A DNA stretch of 64,000 nt from Eledone cirrhosa (GCA_964016885.1 OZ024745.1:72478001-72542000), one strand, 5' to 3'; counted from the first letter of the stretch, positions 28,906 to 43,881 are shown. Numbers and translations are program-made. Notes: generated from the letters alone by a model not told the origin.

Positions 28906-31260
28906 TTCTTCTGGTTTTATAATTTCACAAAGTTTTACCAATAGAGAGAGAGTCGGTTTCTAACATACACACAAGACTCTCTCATTGGAATTTACACAAC
29001 ATCAACTAGGTAGATATGTATGCATGCATGTGTAGATATGGATGTTATTGTATGTGTGGATGTGTATGTTATGAGTTGTATGTGTGCATGTGTATATGCT
29101 TTGTATCTGTACATGTGTATATGCAGTTATTAGATGCAACATTTTTGGAATGTTTTACATATTTTTACTGTTCCATTAATGGCTTGTACTTGTAGTTTCC
29201 TAACTAGTTGTGTTCTTTCTGTTCCTGTGAAGCCTAGCTTCTCAAGATTTGTATTGAGGCAGTTACTAACATATCCCAGTGCTCCAATAATCACAGGCTT
29301 AAATCTGGTCTGTTATGCCTGCATTTTATTGGGGTTTTTACTGGAACATTCCACCAGTACTCTTTCATATTAAGTACATGGACGTCTTCCACATTGTTGT
29401 AGTTTTAATGTGTTTATTATCGGGGCTATCTTTTTTACGAACTGCATTGTACAGTGTTTTGGCGACTACATCATGCCTCATAGGTAGATAGTACCGCGAT
29501 GACATCTTTGTACAGCTGCTGATGACATGGGTCATATCATCGATGTTAGTTCTGCAGAGTCTGCACTTGTTATCACATCTAGGTGTTTTGCCTGCATCCC
29601 TATCTCTTTTGTGAATCAGGTATTTCGTGCTAATCTCCTGTTCTTGGATTGCAAAAGCGTATCCTTCAAAGTGGGAGCCAATATAGCGGTTGTTGGTCCA
29701 AGATAGACTACTTTCCTTATCTATATTACTCTCACTCTGGAGCTTCCTGGCAACATATCCATGCATGATTTTTTGCTGATAGTCATGCAGTTTTTCATCC
29801 ATGGATTCACTGCGATACTGCTGAGCGACATCCCTGGGTGTCAGTTTTTGATTATCATACAGGGAATATCTCTCAAGGAGTTCCTTCCCAACTCTCATGA
29901 TCTTATCTGTTTCATGCAGATAGACGTGCTCGAGAAGTGGGCTCCTACGCTTCGAGGTTCGTAGATGTTGTCGGAGAGATATGATGCGACATTCAAATGT
30001 TGTCTGGACTGATGTTAGGCCTCTGCCTCCCTGCTTACGTTTCAAGTAAAGGCGGTCTATGTCACTGTTGATGTGGAAGTTTCCGGTGTTATTCAGTGTT
30101 TTTCGAGTTCCAACATCAACTGCTCAGATTTTGTCTATCGTCCAATTGAGTATTTCAAACGTTGGTGTTAGGACAGGCACAGCAAACACATTGTGAGCCA
30201 CTGTTTTGTTTTGCGCAGAGAGTTCCGATGACCAGATCTTTCTTAATCGGGTGTAGTATTCCCTGGTTACGCGTTCTTTATTACAGATACCATTATAGGA
30301 TATGTTCTTATCTATCCCCAGGTATCTGTAGCAGTCCTCATCAGATATCGGTGAAACAGTTAGACCATTGATGTCAATGTTGCTAGATTGGGTTGTTGTT
30401 TTCCCCCGCTTTACAGTGATGTATGAGCATTTATCTTGGCCAAACTCCATTCCTATATCCTTTGAGAACGTTGTAACCAGGTCAAGATTTTTCTTCATCC
30501 CATCCATGTTCTTGGCATAGAGTTTCAGATCGTCCACAAAGAAGTTATGGGTTAGGTTCGTATTTCTGTCCTCCTGTGAGCCAATGATGTATCCCTCACA
30601 TTTCTTGAGCAGAAAGGACAAGGGGTTTAATGACAAGATGAACAATATCACAGAGAGACTGTCCCCCTGAAATATACCCCTGCAATATTTTATTTTATCA
30701 GTGAAAATAGAGTCCTCCTTCTTTGTCTTTAACCTTAGGATAGTAGCCCTAGAAGAAGACATCCTCTCTATGGCTCTGACAATAATGTCTGGGACTTTAG
30801 CAAGTCAGAGGGCCTCTATCATCCAAGAGTGGGGAACAGAATCGAAAGCTTTCCTGTAGTCCAGTCAGACTGTAGTCATATTCCTCCTAAGATGTCGCAC
30901 CTCCGACATGGCAGTTTTGTTGATTAGGAGTTATTCAGCACATCCCAAAACCCTTTTCTTTCCAGCTGCTTGTTCATCTGTGATGATGTTATTATTTTCA
31001 CAGTGATCTTGGAGGAATAGGTTCAGGCAGGCTGTATACATCTTATACATCAGGTTTTGGCATGCAATGGGTCGGTAGTATTTTGCCAAGTGGGTGTCTT
31101 TGTTCTTGGGGACCAGTAACGTTTGTGCTAATGTCAACCATTCTGGTATAAGTGTATCTCCCTTAAGAGCTTGTTGGTAGAGGTCAGTAAGATATCTCCG
31201 ATAGAATATTAGTTTTTTGTACCAGTAGCCGACAATCATGTCTCTTCCTGGTGTTTTCTT
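28906..31260 (-). mobile_element. Degenerate 5'-truncated R4/Dong-type RLE non-LTR retrotransposon
   Basis: YRPIACQN, GIFQGDSLS, FFVDDLKLY, CCHC knuckle CRLC...HVISSC and RHD; several stops and deletions; (TATG)n at both ends. Confidence 0.88.
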
Positions 31261-31321
31261 ATGTATGTATGTATGAATGTATGTATGTATGTATGTATGT
31301 ATGTATGTATGTATGTATGTA

Positions 31322-31875
31322 TGTCTCATGGCGACTAAACTGGCAACCCCACCAAGGTTTCTTGGTGAGGAGGGTGACCTTGGACATCCTGCAGGACTAA
31401 AAACAAAACATGTCAAAGGGCAAAGGACCTCTTAAGAGTCAATGGCCATCCAAAATCAATCACCGGGAGAGATGACCCCTTAGCCTTTGTCAAGGCAGAA
31501 TTCTAGGAGAAGGAAAACTCTGATATAACACCAGCAACCCTGATGGTATCCAATGATGTTGACTTGTTCTTCTTTTTGGTAAATATCATCTTGGTCAAGA
31601 GAGTGGGACTGGCTTTGTGCATTGCCTTTGCTCACTATAAAAGCTTCACGGCACAGGCATTGCTTTATATCTGGAGATCTCTCTGCACTTGTCGTCACAT
31701 GGTACCATGGGCCCAGTACTATGTGACAATAATTGTCACAAGTGTAGTGTTTGTACCAGAGTTTTCAAGTCACTGGCTGGACTAAAAAGTCACACTCGTT
31801 CAGCGCATCGGTAGGGGTTCTCCTACATGGATATAAAGTAGTGGCCGTACTCGAAAACGAGTTGGCAGCCACCAT
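31322..31875 (+). mobile_element. Non-autonomous RTE-derived element
   Basis: Matches 51224-51833; flanked by (TATG)n. Confidence 0.9.
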
Positions 31876-32023
31876 GTATGTATGTATGTACAATTTTCTA
31901 TTTTAAAAGCTTGCACCATGGTTGATACATTGAAACGATAAATAAGGTATAGATGTGAAAGTATGTATATATATATATATATATACATACTTTCACATCT
32001 ATACCTAATTTATCGTTTATATC

Positions 32024-32061
<38 letters not shown>

Positions 32062-33404
32062 GTGTGTTTACCTATAACATACTTTCGCATACTTCTGTAT
32101 TGTGCATCGCTATTTATACTAGTGTAGTGTGTATCGTTATTTATAATACTGCCTGCCTGTGTATGTACTTAAGTGTAGAACATTCTCTTGAAATTAATTA
32201 GGTAGATTATTCAATATAATTGTGTGAAGCAGTAGCATCTTGGGAGCTAATTAATTGTTGGTAAACGAAACCTGATATTTATATTGAGTATGACAATGTG
32301 ATGATGAGGACCTGTAAAGATTAAGTAGTAAAGCAGGTATAAACAGAATGGAGATAGGCGAAACAACTGTTGACCGAGATAATTATTCGAGAGAACGTGA
32401 GGGAAAATCGGTTGTGGTTGTCACTAGATATGATAAAAACGCAATATTTTCGATTTAGTTTCGTAACTCATATTTCGTAATCTAAATTTGAAATATTTGT
32501 TTAAACATTCTCGATTATGCAAGACGATGAGAATAGAAAATAGTTATTTGCGATACGTTTAAACCTATTGTGTTTAGAATATTTATGATATATATGAGAT
32601 GTAAAATAATGATTTTTAATTTAAACACAAGGCCAAGAATTTTTAGAGTAGATTCAGTTGCATCGACCCCAGTCTTGGGTAGTACTTTATTTAATTGAAC
32701 CCTGAATGATGAAAGATGGGTTTAGAAATCTGAACCTAAACAGCCATGACTAAATGCTGCAAAACATTTCTCTCCAACGCTCTAACAATGCTGTCAATCC
32801 ACCGCCTTATGAGAAATATATTAATTACATGAAGTTACGTTTGATATCTCTCAGATTACAATAATGATTTCATTGTTGTTGTGGTTGTTGTTTATCCTTT
32901 TATCCTCTACATTATACATTATGACCTTCCATTTTTAAAGAGTAAAGTGGAATTTGCTGGAGATATAGCTACTACTTCTAACATATAGAGACTCCCTGGT
33001 ATATTTGATTTGGTTATTGTTGAAGCTACTAGTATATGTATAGTTGATTTGAATTTCGACACTGAGACCTTATTAGGACAAACTGCCTGTGTGTCAAGGT
33101 ATGTTCTATCACCATTACAGTACTGAAATTCAGGCCGTAGTGATGATAGTAAAGAATTTTCGGAATTCATAATGATAATTAGGTTAATGAAGAGAAGAGA
33201 ACATTTCATACGTCAAAACAGCTAACTGATGATAATGATAGCCTAATTAACCTATCAGGGGTGATGGTGGGGTGCCATCGTGAAATTGTAGTTTTGGTTA
33301 CATAAATATAACATGAGTAATTACTGTTAGACATCTACTATTGAATCTGTCTGAATGTCATAGCAAATATGCAAATATGTATATAGACTATAATGACATA
33401 TTTA

Positions 33405-33599
33405 CAGACCTGCCGACCACTAAAAACCCAAACAGGGAGTACCATGAAAAAAAGTGCCTGAAAATGGGGAGAAATGAGGCAAAATTGGGAGTATTTACAT
33501 AATGAAAGCTATACCCATTTTCACAAGAGAAGACATCTCTCACCCACCCCAAAGTGGGTTGGAGATCTCCCCGCCCGACGGGGAGAGTTGACAGGTCTG
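33405..33599. mobile_element. MITE with 13-bp TIRs (hAT-Tip100-like ends)
   Basis: CAGACCTGCCGAC ... GTTGACAGGTCTG (11/13) with internal GGGAG motifs. No 8-bp TSD seen, only TA on both sides. Confidence 0.6.
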
Positions 33600-34357
33600 T
33601 AGTTAACAATTTGGTTTCTAAATGTTTCCCTAAAATAGCGAAATTATCAAAAACATGAGCTAACCTAATAACTACCACACGCTATCAGAAATAATATAAC
33701 ATTTCGGTTGAAAGAGCCCATTGACAGAAATCAAATGAACACTCATAACTTCTGTTCGGTGCTCGGTTGTTGCGCAATTGTGATCGAATTACATTATAAG
33801 AACTTTTATCTTATATGTTGCGCTTTGCAATATAACGCAAGTGTTCAGGTCAGCTAGTGCTTTTCACCAGGTGTTGTGAGATGTGAAATTTGATTAGATG
33901 TTAAAGACAAACGACTGTAATTCGTACAGTATTTATTTTCTGCGTAACATATTGTTTTTGGTTGACATATTTTCTGCTTGAAATGAGAACCGAATGATGA
34001 ATAGCAATGGCAGAAATGAATACTTAGCCTTAAGTAGAGCGGACACAAGTGTTTCTTAAACATTGCTTTGGTCTAAAGATTATATAATCAAATAATTTCA
34101 AACTTTATATACAACCACCTATAGTATTCTCAGTCCCTTCTGCTAGTCTTAAACTAAGGGCACTTTATCTTTTATGTAGTTTAATTGAAATTGAAAAATT
34201 GTCCACAACACATTGAATATGTAGTATGATGTTATAAATGATTGTGTACCAACTGAAATGCTGTTTATATCTTCCTTTTAATAGTTTACTGTTTCATTTC
34301 ATATGGCTTTGGGCTGTGTTGAATCAGCGAGTTTTTTGCGGTTATGTAGGAACATAG

Positions 34358-34570
34358 ATTGGAAGTATCGGTAGGGCGTCGGACAACATGTTTTATGGCA
34401 TAAGGTTACGCCCCTTTACAACCTGAATTCTAATCGTGCTGAGGTTAGTCTTGCTTTTTATCCTTACGGAGTCGATAAAATAAAGTACCAGTAATGCATT
34501 GGAGTCGATTTAATCGACTTCTCTTCCCTCAAATTGTTGGCCTTGTGTCTAAATCAGAAACCAATATTAT
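34358..34570 (+). mobile_element. tRNA-derived SINE
   Basis: Same core and 3' end as 2860-3083. Further copies at about 34814-34960 (-), 35070-35215 (+) and 35930-36110 (-). Confidence 0.8.
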
Positions 34571-35225
34571 CTGAGTACCCAACTCTCATGATTCTAAATT
34601 AACTCTACGTCAGGTCTAATCTGGTGTTTGTTAATATTAATGCCTCGTAGTATGATGGACTCTCCGCAACTCAATCAACTGAATGGCCGACTTGTGAACT
34701 AACGTGAAACTGGTTGAGTATTCCACAAACACGTGTACCGTTAATATATATATGCGCACGTGTGTGTGTACAGTTATGATCCATAATTTTTTACTCTGAA
34801 CAAGTTACCTAATAATTGATTCTACTTTTGGCACAAGACAACAATTACCCAGTGCATTACTGGTACTTTATTTTATCGACCCCGTAATTATGAAAGGCAA
34901 AGTTAACCTCGGCGGGATTTGAACTCAGAATGGCAAGGGCCGTAACACTATGCGTCAAAAGCAATATACATCTCTGTGATAATGTTCGCGTATCATCGAA
35001 TACTTAAAAATATTGAAAATATTGTAATTAGGAATTTTTCAATCGCAGGGAAACAATCTACGTATCATATGGCAGCGAATTGGGATAGTCGTTAGAGTGT
35101 CGTATAGAATGATTTGTGTGTAATGTTCATACACTCTGTACTCTGAGTTCAAACTCCGCCGATGTCAACATCGGCTTTCATCTTTATTCGGTCCATAAAT
35201 AAAAAGTAACAGTAATGCTTTCCTG

Positions 35226-35287
<62 letters not shown>

Positions 35288-37329
35288 AAATGACTGTGCC
35301 AGATTATGAGAAAGGTCTTGAAGAGCACTTAAGGTGTCGCTTGTTCAGAAATTGAGAAGATTTGAGTTAAAAACTCGTAACAGCTTCCAACAGAAAAATT
35401 GTTATGCTACTAATACAATTAAAGGGGGACTCGATGTACACTACAGCGCAACGAATATTAAGAAAAGGAAAAAAAGATATGTGATACCTGAATATCACGA
35501 TGGAAACACGTGTAGCCGTACGTCTACTCAATCAATTCTGCCTTAAGGCTATACAACATGACAAACCTTCAAATGTTAATCTCCGTAGATTCGTGGGGAG
35601 TTAAATATAATGTTAAATATGAATGATAAATATAATTGATTTGACAAATTATTTAAGATGTCGTGGAGATTAAGTTGTCAAACTGAAGATAAGAATATTA
35701 TCAATCATGTTACGTGTAAACATTGTCGAATAATGGATTATATACAGACCATCAATGTTAAATATGTAGCCAGAGGGAAGTAGCTTCGCAGATCTTTGGA
35801 GTTCTATCTTTGTGATCAAAAGATCAGTTTTAGTAAATATTGGAATCTTATTGGCATGTATCAAGACTTAACATTCACGAAAGTAAGTCTGAATGATTCT
35901 CAAACAAAAAAAAAAAAATAATAAATAATGATAATAATTGTTTCTACTTTTGGTACAAGGCCAGCAAATACCCAGTACATTACTGGTACTTTATTTTATC
36001 GACCCCGTAGGGATGAAAGGCAAAGTTAACCTCGGCGGGATTTGAACTAAGATCGTAAAGGGAAGTAACTATGCTGGAAAGCATGTCCGACTCTCTACCG
36101 ATACTGCTAATAAAATAAAGAAAACGTCTATATTTCATTTGACGGGAATAACTGGAAGGCGTTCGTGAAATATTTATTCGAGAATTATTGTGTATAACGA
36201 TCTTTATAACTAACTATTCCATGTTGAATTTTAAGTTTGCTAGTCAAATGGTTTCAACAGATTAAGCATCAGTAAGTAAACCTTTTTCCCCTGAAAGATT
36301 TTTGTTTCAACAAATAAGAGTTGACGATATTATTCCCATATAATAATTAGCGATGTTATTTGGTGGGTGGATGGCACGCTCTATCAAATATAATAATTCT
36401 TTATGTCAGCCGTGTGCCTAAGATCAAAGTGGAATAATTTATTAATAAATGCAAAGTACAAAGTCTTTAGATCAATGGTTTCATCTGATGCATTGAAAAG
36501 AAGCGCCATATACAATAATGAACAAACCTGCCATCGCTGTTTGACGACACAAACACATTAGTTTCGTTAGACTATTTTATTAAGCAAATATAGAAATATA
36601 TCGTAGTAGTGTAGGAAAAAGTTTCATTTTTATGTTTGGTAATAAAGGCAACATACACTATGACCATTAACTTGATCATGGGTTTAATAATTTTAAATAT
36701 CAGTAACACTAACGTTTTAACATATGTGCATATGAATATGTTTTCTAAAATTGATGTTTGCTCTGAAACATTAAAAACATATGAGTATATAGAAATTTGA
36801 TAGTAATGATGTATTAAAAAAATATGTTGGAAATGAGAGAAGGATAGTTGCATGGATAAATTGTTTAATAAATAATGATATATGCACATGTGTGCATACA
36901 AGCTGATTTAAATATAATTAGGTTTACACCGAAATATATAAATAGAAGTTAGGGAAATACTGAGTGTAAACTAAAAGCACGCAGAATAACATTTACTGGC
37001 ATGTTTTCTTTATACATTTATTAAGTTCCTGATTATGGTGCCATGTTGCTTATATCGTAAAAGATTTAAAGCTTTCCAACGTAATCTTATTTCAGTTGAA
37101 CAGTCTTGTAGTTCCACCAGGAAATGGATATAATATTTCCGTCCTAGCATCTTTTTAATTTCATATTATATCTATTAGATTGGTAACTCCAAAACTTTCA
37201 ATGCAATATATATTAGAATTAACTGCATGTACACAAGCTATAGTAGTTTCCATTATCGTGCAATAAGCCGCTCATTTCCTCTTGAAACATTTGTATAAAA
37301 TGAAATCATTCTGTGTGATGCTCTGTCAT

Positions 37330-37507
37330 TGGTGGATTGGCAGTATCGGTAGAGGGTCGGACGCCATGCTTTCCAGCATAGTTACGTCCCTTTACGATCT
37401 GAGTTCAAATCCCGCCGAGGTTGACTTTGCCTTACGGGGTCGATAAAATAAAGTACCAGTAATACACTGGGTATTGCTGGCCTTGTGCCTAAAGTAGAAA
37501 CAATTAT
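37330..37507 (+). mobile_element. tRNA-derived SINE (short subfamily)
   Basis: ggtggattggcagtatcggtagag...gagttcaaatcccgccgagg...gtcgataaaataaagtaccag...ggccttgtgcctaaagtagaaacaatt. Confidence 0.85.
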
Positions 37508-37949
37508 ATATTCCCATACTAGCATCATATATTAGTAAGCTACTAATATGCAATTGAACAAATCATGAATTTATCAAACATACTTATCAGTTAACTTACT
37601 ATACCATTTACCATATTCTAAAATAATAAGTTCTGTATTGTGAAATCATTAAAATAGAAAGAATACTCAAAACATCAAACAGAACACCATGAGTCCAGGG
37701 TTACCAGATGAATTTCACTGTAATGGTTATGGTTATGGTTATGGTAGCTTTTAACACGAATGTACCATATGATCAAAGTTGTTGAAGCCATGTCTATCTA
37801 CCTTTTCCTGTCGATTATATTTTACTCTAAACTATATTATTTTGAATTTTTCCATTTGACAAACAGTATCCGATGTTGTTATAAATTTCTACGTAAATGT
37901 TGTTTTGAATGTTGAGTAGAAATATCTCAGACATTTGATTTAGAAGTGA

Positions 37950-38315
37950 ATAATAATAATTGTTTCTACTTTTGGCACAAGGCCAGCAATTACCCAGTAC
38001 ATTACTGGTACTTTATTTTATCGACCCCGTAAGGATGAAAGGCAAAGTTAACCTCGGCGGGATTTGAACTCAGATCGTAAAGCGACGTAACTATGCTTGA
38101 AAGCATGTCCGAGCCTCTACAATAATAATACTTGTTTCTACTTTAAGCACAAGGCCAGCAATTAACCAGTACATTACTGGTACTTTATTTTATCGACCCC
38201 GTAAGGATGAGCGACAAAGTCAACCTCGGCGGGGTTTGAACTCAGACCGTAAAGGGACGTAACTATGCTGGAAAGCATGGCGTCCGACCCTCTACCGATA
38301 CTGCCAATCCACCGA
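37950..38315 (-). mobile_element. Tandem pair of SINEs
   Basis: Two head-to-tail copies separated by the (AAT)n tail. Confidence 0.88.
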
Positions 38316-38742
38316 ATGTTACGATTATTTAAAGATTAGAATTTACAAAACATAACAAAATCCAACACTGTTCGTCAAATACAAAATATTCTGTTATTCA
38401 ATGCGTACATTCTTAAGAGAATAGAGGGAGATTAAAGTGCTATTTCGTGCTGTTTGAGTGACTACGCAGAGACTCTGCCAGTTTTTGTAACCTACGGCAT
38501 AACATTAATACTTATTGAATCACCATTGTGCCAACATCTCTGCATCACAATATTAGAACATATTAGTATAATTTGCTTGAAATATGTCAGATAATATAAA
38601 TTCCCTTCTAGGTTCGTCTTTTTGCCAAGAAGAATAACAAGATGAAGACGAAAAAATAAGACTTAAGAAAAATGTAAAGACTATATTCATCTCAAGTTAG
38701 CCCTGAAGAGGAAGAAGAAGAACAAGAAATATAAATAAATAA

Positions 38743-39662
<920 letters not shown>

Positions 39663-40792
39663 AAGAAAGAATAAAAGAAAGAAAAGTTTTACACTTAAGT
39701 CTTTTCTTCCCTTAGGCTTGAATAATTTTTAATCCGAAGATTAACTGGTGAAATGATGTGCTGTGTGGAAGCTTATTTACCTATTTGACTTGCTTTCTCA
39801 ACAGTTTGATAAGGAATGAATAGTGAATTATTTGAAACGCAACTGACTCCCACGTCAGCAAAATATTTCAAGTTCATTACCGACTTCATTATCTCTGATG
39901 ACCCTTAAAAACAAAACGTGTTTTGAATTCTTAATTTTATCAGCTGGGATTATTCTGTGAAGCACGTGGCCCTCTAACTATTTGTATAGTATTAATTTAG
40001 TTTTATTATATATATTTTTTTGCAGATTGAATATTTTTGCCTTTATTTTTTATATTGTTTTATATGTTTGATTATTTCTATGTGTGCTTAATTTTTAATT
40101 TGAGTACATGTATGTGTGCGTATATGGGTTTGTATGTGTGTGTATGTGCGTGTGTGCATCTGTCTGCCTGTGTGAGTGTGTATGGTTGTGTGTGTATGTG
40201 TGTGTGTGTGTGTGTGCCTGTGTGTGTGTATGCTTATGTCTGTGCATGATCGTGTATGTGGGTGTATTTGTGTGTGTATGTTTGTGTGTGCATGTTCATG
40301 TTTTGAATCTACGTTTGCCTGCTTGTACGGGTGCATGCCTGAGCGTGTGTGTATATGTGATCGATGTTTGAACATACGTTCGTTTGTGTGTGCCTATGCA
40401 TGTGTATATGAATACGTGTGTATGTGTGTGTATGTGTGTGTGTGTGTGAATGTGTGTGTGGGTGTGTGGGTGTGTGTGTGTGCCCATGTTTTGAGTCTAC
40501 GTTCACCTACTTGTGAGTGTATGAATATTTGTCTGTGTATGCGTGCGTGGTTTGTGTTTATGTATAATGTGAGTGTGAGTACGTGTGCGTCTGTATATCT
40601 GTACGTGTGTGTGTGCGTTTGTATTACATGGATTGTGTGTGCGTGTATGTGAGCATGTAAGGGATGTCTGCATATATATATATAAATATATATGTATATA
40701 TGTATATATATGTATATATATGTATGTATATATATGTATATATATGTGTATGTATATGTATATATATGTATATATATGTATGTATGTATATA

Positions 40793-41399
40793 TATATCAG
40801 AGTTTTCCTTCTCCTAGAATTCTGCCTTGACAAAGGCTAAGGGGTCATCTCTCCCAGTGATTTGGGATGGCCATTGACTCTAAAGAGCTCCTTTGCCCTT
40901 TGACAGGTTTTGTTTTTAGTCCTGCAGGATGTCCAAAGTCACCCTCCTCACCAAGAAACCTTGGTGGGGTTGCCAGTTTAGTCGCCAACGACCCGACCAT
41001 GGGACAGGTTGTACTGGGATACATGTTACCAGTAGCACCAACTGGTGACCTGATATAACACCTGCAACCCTGATGTTGACTTGTTCTTCTTTTTGGTAAA
41101 TATTATCTTGGTTAAGAGAGTGGGACTGGCTTTGTGCAGTGCCTTTGCTCACTATAAAAGCTTAACGGCACAGGCATTGCTTTATATCTGGAGATCTCTG
41201 ATCTCTCTGCACTTGTCGTCACATGGTACCATGGGCCCAGCACTATGTGTCAATAATTGTCACAGGTGTAGTGTTTGTACCAGAGTTTTCAAGTCGCTGG
41301 CTGGACTAAAAAGTCACACTCGTTCAGCGCATTGGTAGGGGTTCTCCTACATGGATATAAAGTAGTGGCCGTACTCGAAAACGAGTTGGCAGCCACCAT
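40793..41399 (+). mobile_element. Non-autonomous RTE-derived element with inverted 5' half
   Basis: 40793-41053 is the reverse complement of the 5' part; 41050-41399 is the 3' part in sense orientation. Confidence 0.9.
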
Positions 41400-41400
41400 G

Positions 41401-41432
<32 letters not shown>

Positions 41433-41554
41433 TATATATATGTATATATGTATGTATATATATATGTATATATATATGTATGTATATATATATATATGTA
41501 TATATGTATATATATATATGTATATATGTATGTATATATATATGTATGTATATG

Positions 41555-41590
<36 letters not shown>

Positions 41591-41714
41591 TATATGTATA
41601 TATGTATGTATATATATATATATGTATATATGTATGTATATATATATATGTATGTATGTATGTATATATGTATGTATATATATATATGTATATATATACA
41701 TATGTATATATATG

Positions 41715-42372
41715 TATGTGATAAATATGTATATATATGTATGTGATACATATGTATATATGTATTGTGATACATATGTATATGTATGTATGTGATACAT
41801 ATGTATATATGTATGTGATGAATATGTATATATGTATGTGATAAATATGTATATGTATGTACGTGATAAATATGTATATATGTATTGTGATACATATGTA
41901 TATATGTATTGTGATACATATGTATATATGTATGTGATACATATGTATATATGTATGTGATACATATGTATATATGTATTGTGATACATATGTATATATG
42001 TATGTGATACATATGTATATATGTATGTGATACATATGTATATATGTATTGTGATAAATATGTATATATGTATTGTGATACATATGTATATGCATGTATT
42101 GTGATAAATATGTATATATATGTATGTGATAAATATGTATATATGTATGTGATACATATGTATATATGTATGTGATACATATGTATATATGTATGTGATA
42201 AATATGTATATATGTATGTGATACATATGTATATATGTATGTGATACATATGTATATGTATGTATGTGATACATATGTATATATATGTATGTGATACATA
42301 TGTATATATATGTATGTGATACATATGTATATATGTATGTGATAAATATGTATATATGTATTGTGATAAATG
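41715..42372. repeat. About 22-bp minisatellite (core TGTGATACATATG) grown out of TA/TG microsatellite
   Basis: TGTGATA recurs about every 22-26 bp. Confidence 0.85.
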
Positions 42373-42496
42373 TGAAATAGAAGCTACCAGTGAAAATAAA
42401 CGAGGAAAGCAACTATTAACAAGGAAGAAAAAAAGAGAGAAACAGCATTAGCAACATTAAATGGTAGTATTTATTATTGCTAGTTGTTTCAATTAA

Positions 42497-42926
42497 TGTA
42501 GTAGTAGTGCTGGTAGTAGTAGTAGTAGTAGTAGTAGTAGAGATGGTAGAGGTCGTGTTGGTAGTCGTTGTAGTCGTGGTAGTAGTAGTGGTAGTAGTAG
42601 TAGTGGTGGTGGTAATGGTAGTAATAGTTGTAGTGGTAGTAGTAGCAGTGGTGGCGGTAGTAGTAGTCGTGGTGGTGGTGGTGTTGGTAGCAGCAGTAGT
42701 AGTAGTAGTGATAGTAGTAGTAGTAGTAGCAGTGGTAGTAGCAGTAGTGGTAGTAGTAGTAGTAGTGGTAGTAGCAGTAGTAGTAGCAGCAGTAGTAATG
42801 GTAGTAGCAGTAGTAGTAGTAGCACTAGTAGTAGTAGTAGCAGTAGTAGTAGTAGCACTAGTAGTAGTAGTACTAGTAGTAGTAGCAATAGCAGCAGTAG
42901 TAATGGTAGTAGCAGTAGTAGTAATA
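42497..42926. repeat. (GTA)n/(GTG)n/(GCA)n trinucleotide array
   Basis: Direct reading. Confidence 0.95.
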
Positions 42927-43881
42927 TAATAGTCCTATTTCCGTTGCACCTTTCACTCAACAGGGTAAAATAATATGCCCAATTTTCTGTTTTATCTTTA
43001 TAATAATTGTTTCTACTTTTGGCACAAGGCCAGCAATTACCCAGTGTCCGACCCTCTACCGATACTGCCAATCCACCGCCGTGTTTTATCTTTATAATAA
43101 TAGCAGTTTTATCAGTAGTAACAACAACAACACTAAAATAAACCGGGTTGATAGTCAGTAACGTCTGTGACTGAAACACTAACATTCCATTCTTAAACTC
43201 ACTCTAATGACTTTATATGATTAAGATGTGTTCTGAAAATTAAGGAAGGCATGAAAATTAACCCTAAAATATTTATGTCAAATCCTTTTCAGGGGTGTTG
43301 AAACGAAAACGAAAATTCTATTAGGCCTCGTGACTAGGTTGAGGGTAGTCTATTATCGAAAGACAAATAAATTCTTTTACAACAATGCTTTTGAATTTTT
43401 TTTCAACAGACTGCAAACTAGCAGAGCTATTAATGATTTCTACGTTAGAGACAAGGTCAGTAATTTGGGTCTGATGGCGGCGGAGGCGTGTGATTAAATC
43501 GACCCTAATACTTGACTGGTACTTTATTTTATCGACCTTGGAAAAAGTAAAGGCTAAGTTGGCATTGGCGGGATATGAACACAGAACGTTGTAACAAAAT
43601 ACTACGAAGCATTTTGTCCGGTGCTCTGACGATTCTTCTAATGCAGCGACATTTACTGAGCCATAATAAGTAGTATATACTGCCTTGTGGTATTTGTTTC
43701 AACTTTCTGCGTTCTAAGTTCAAATCCCGTCGATATCAACTGTACTCTTCATTTTGGCGGAGTCGATGAATTGATGAACCAGTCTGAAGTGATAGATTGG
43801 CAGAATGTTTAGAGCATCGGGTGAGAAACTTTGAAGAGTTTTTGGTTTAAGATGTTAGTTGTCACCAATTTAGCGGAGAAG

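Noticed and set aside
30124-30870. In-frame TGA codons in the R4/Dong ORF as possible selenocysteine or recoding
   Set aside because: They do not fall at conserved Cys positions (one replaces the W of WLDY), and the copy also has other stops and deletions, consistent with ordinary decay.
36572-36901. 109-aa hydrophobic ORF
   Set aside because: AT-rich composition, no recognisable motif or splice support.
42477-43185. Poly-Val and poly-Leu membrane-like ORFs
   Set aside because: (GTA)n trinucleotide repeat.
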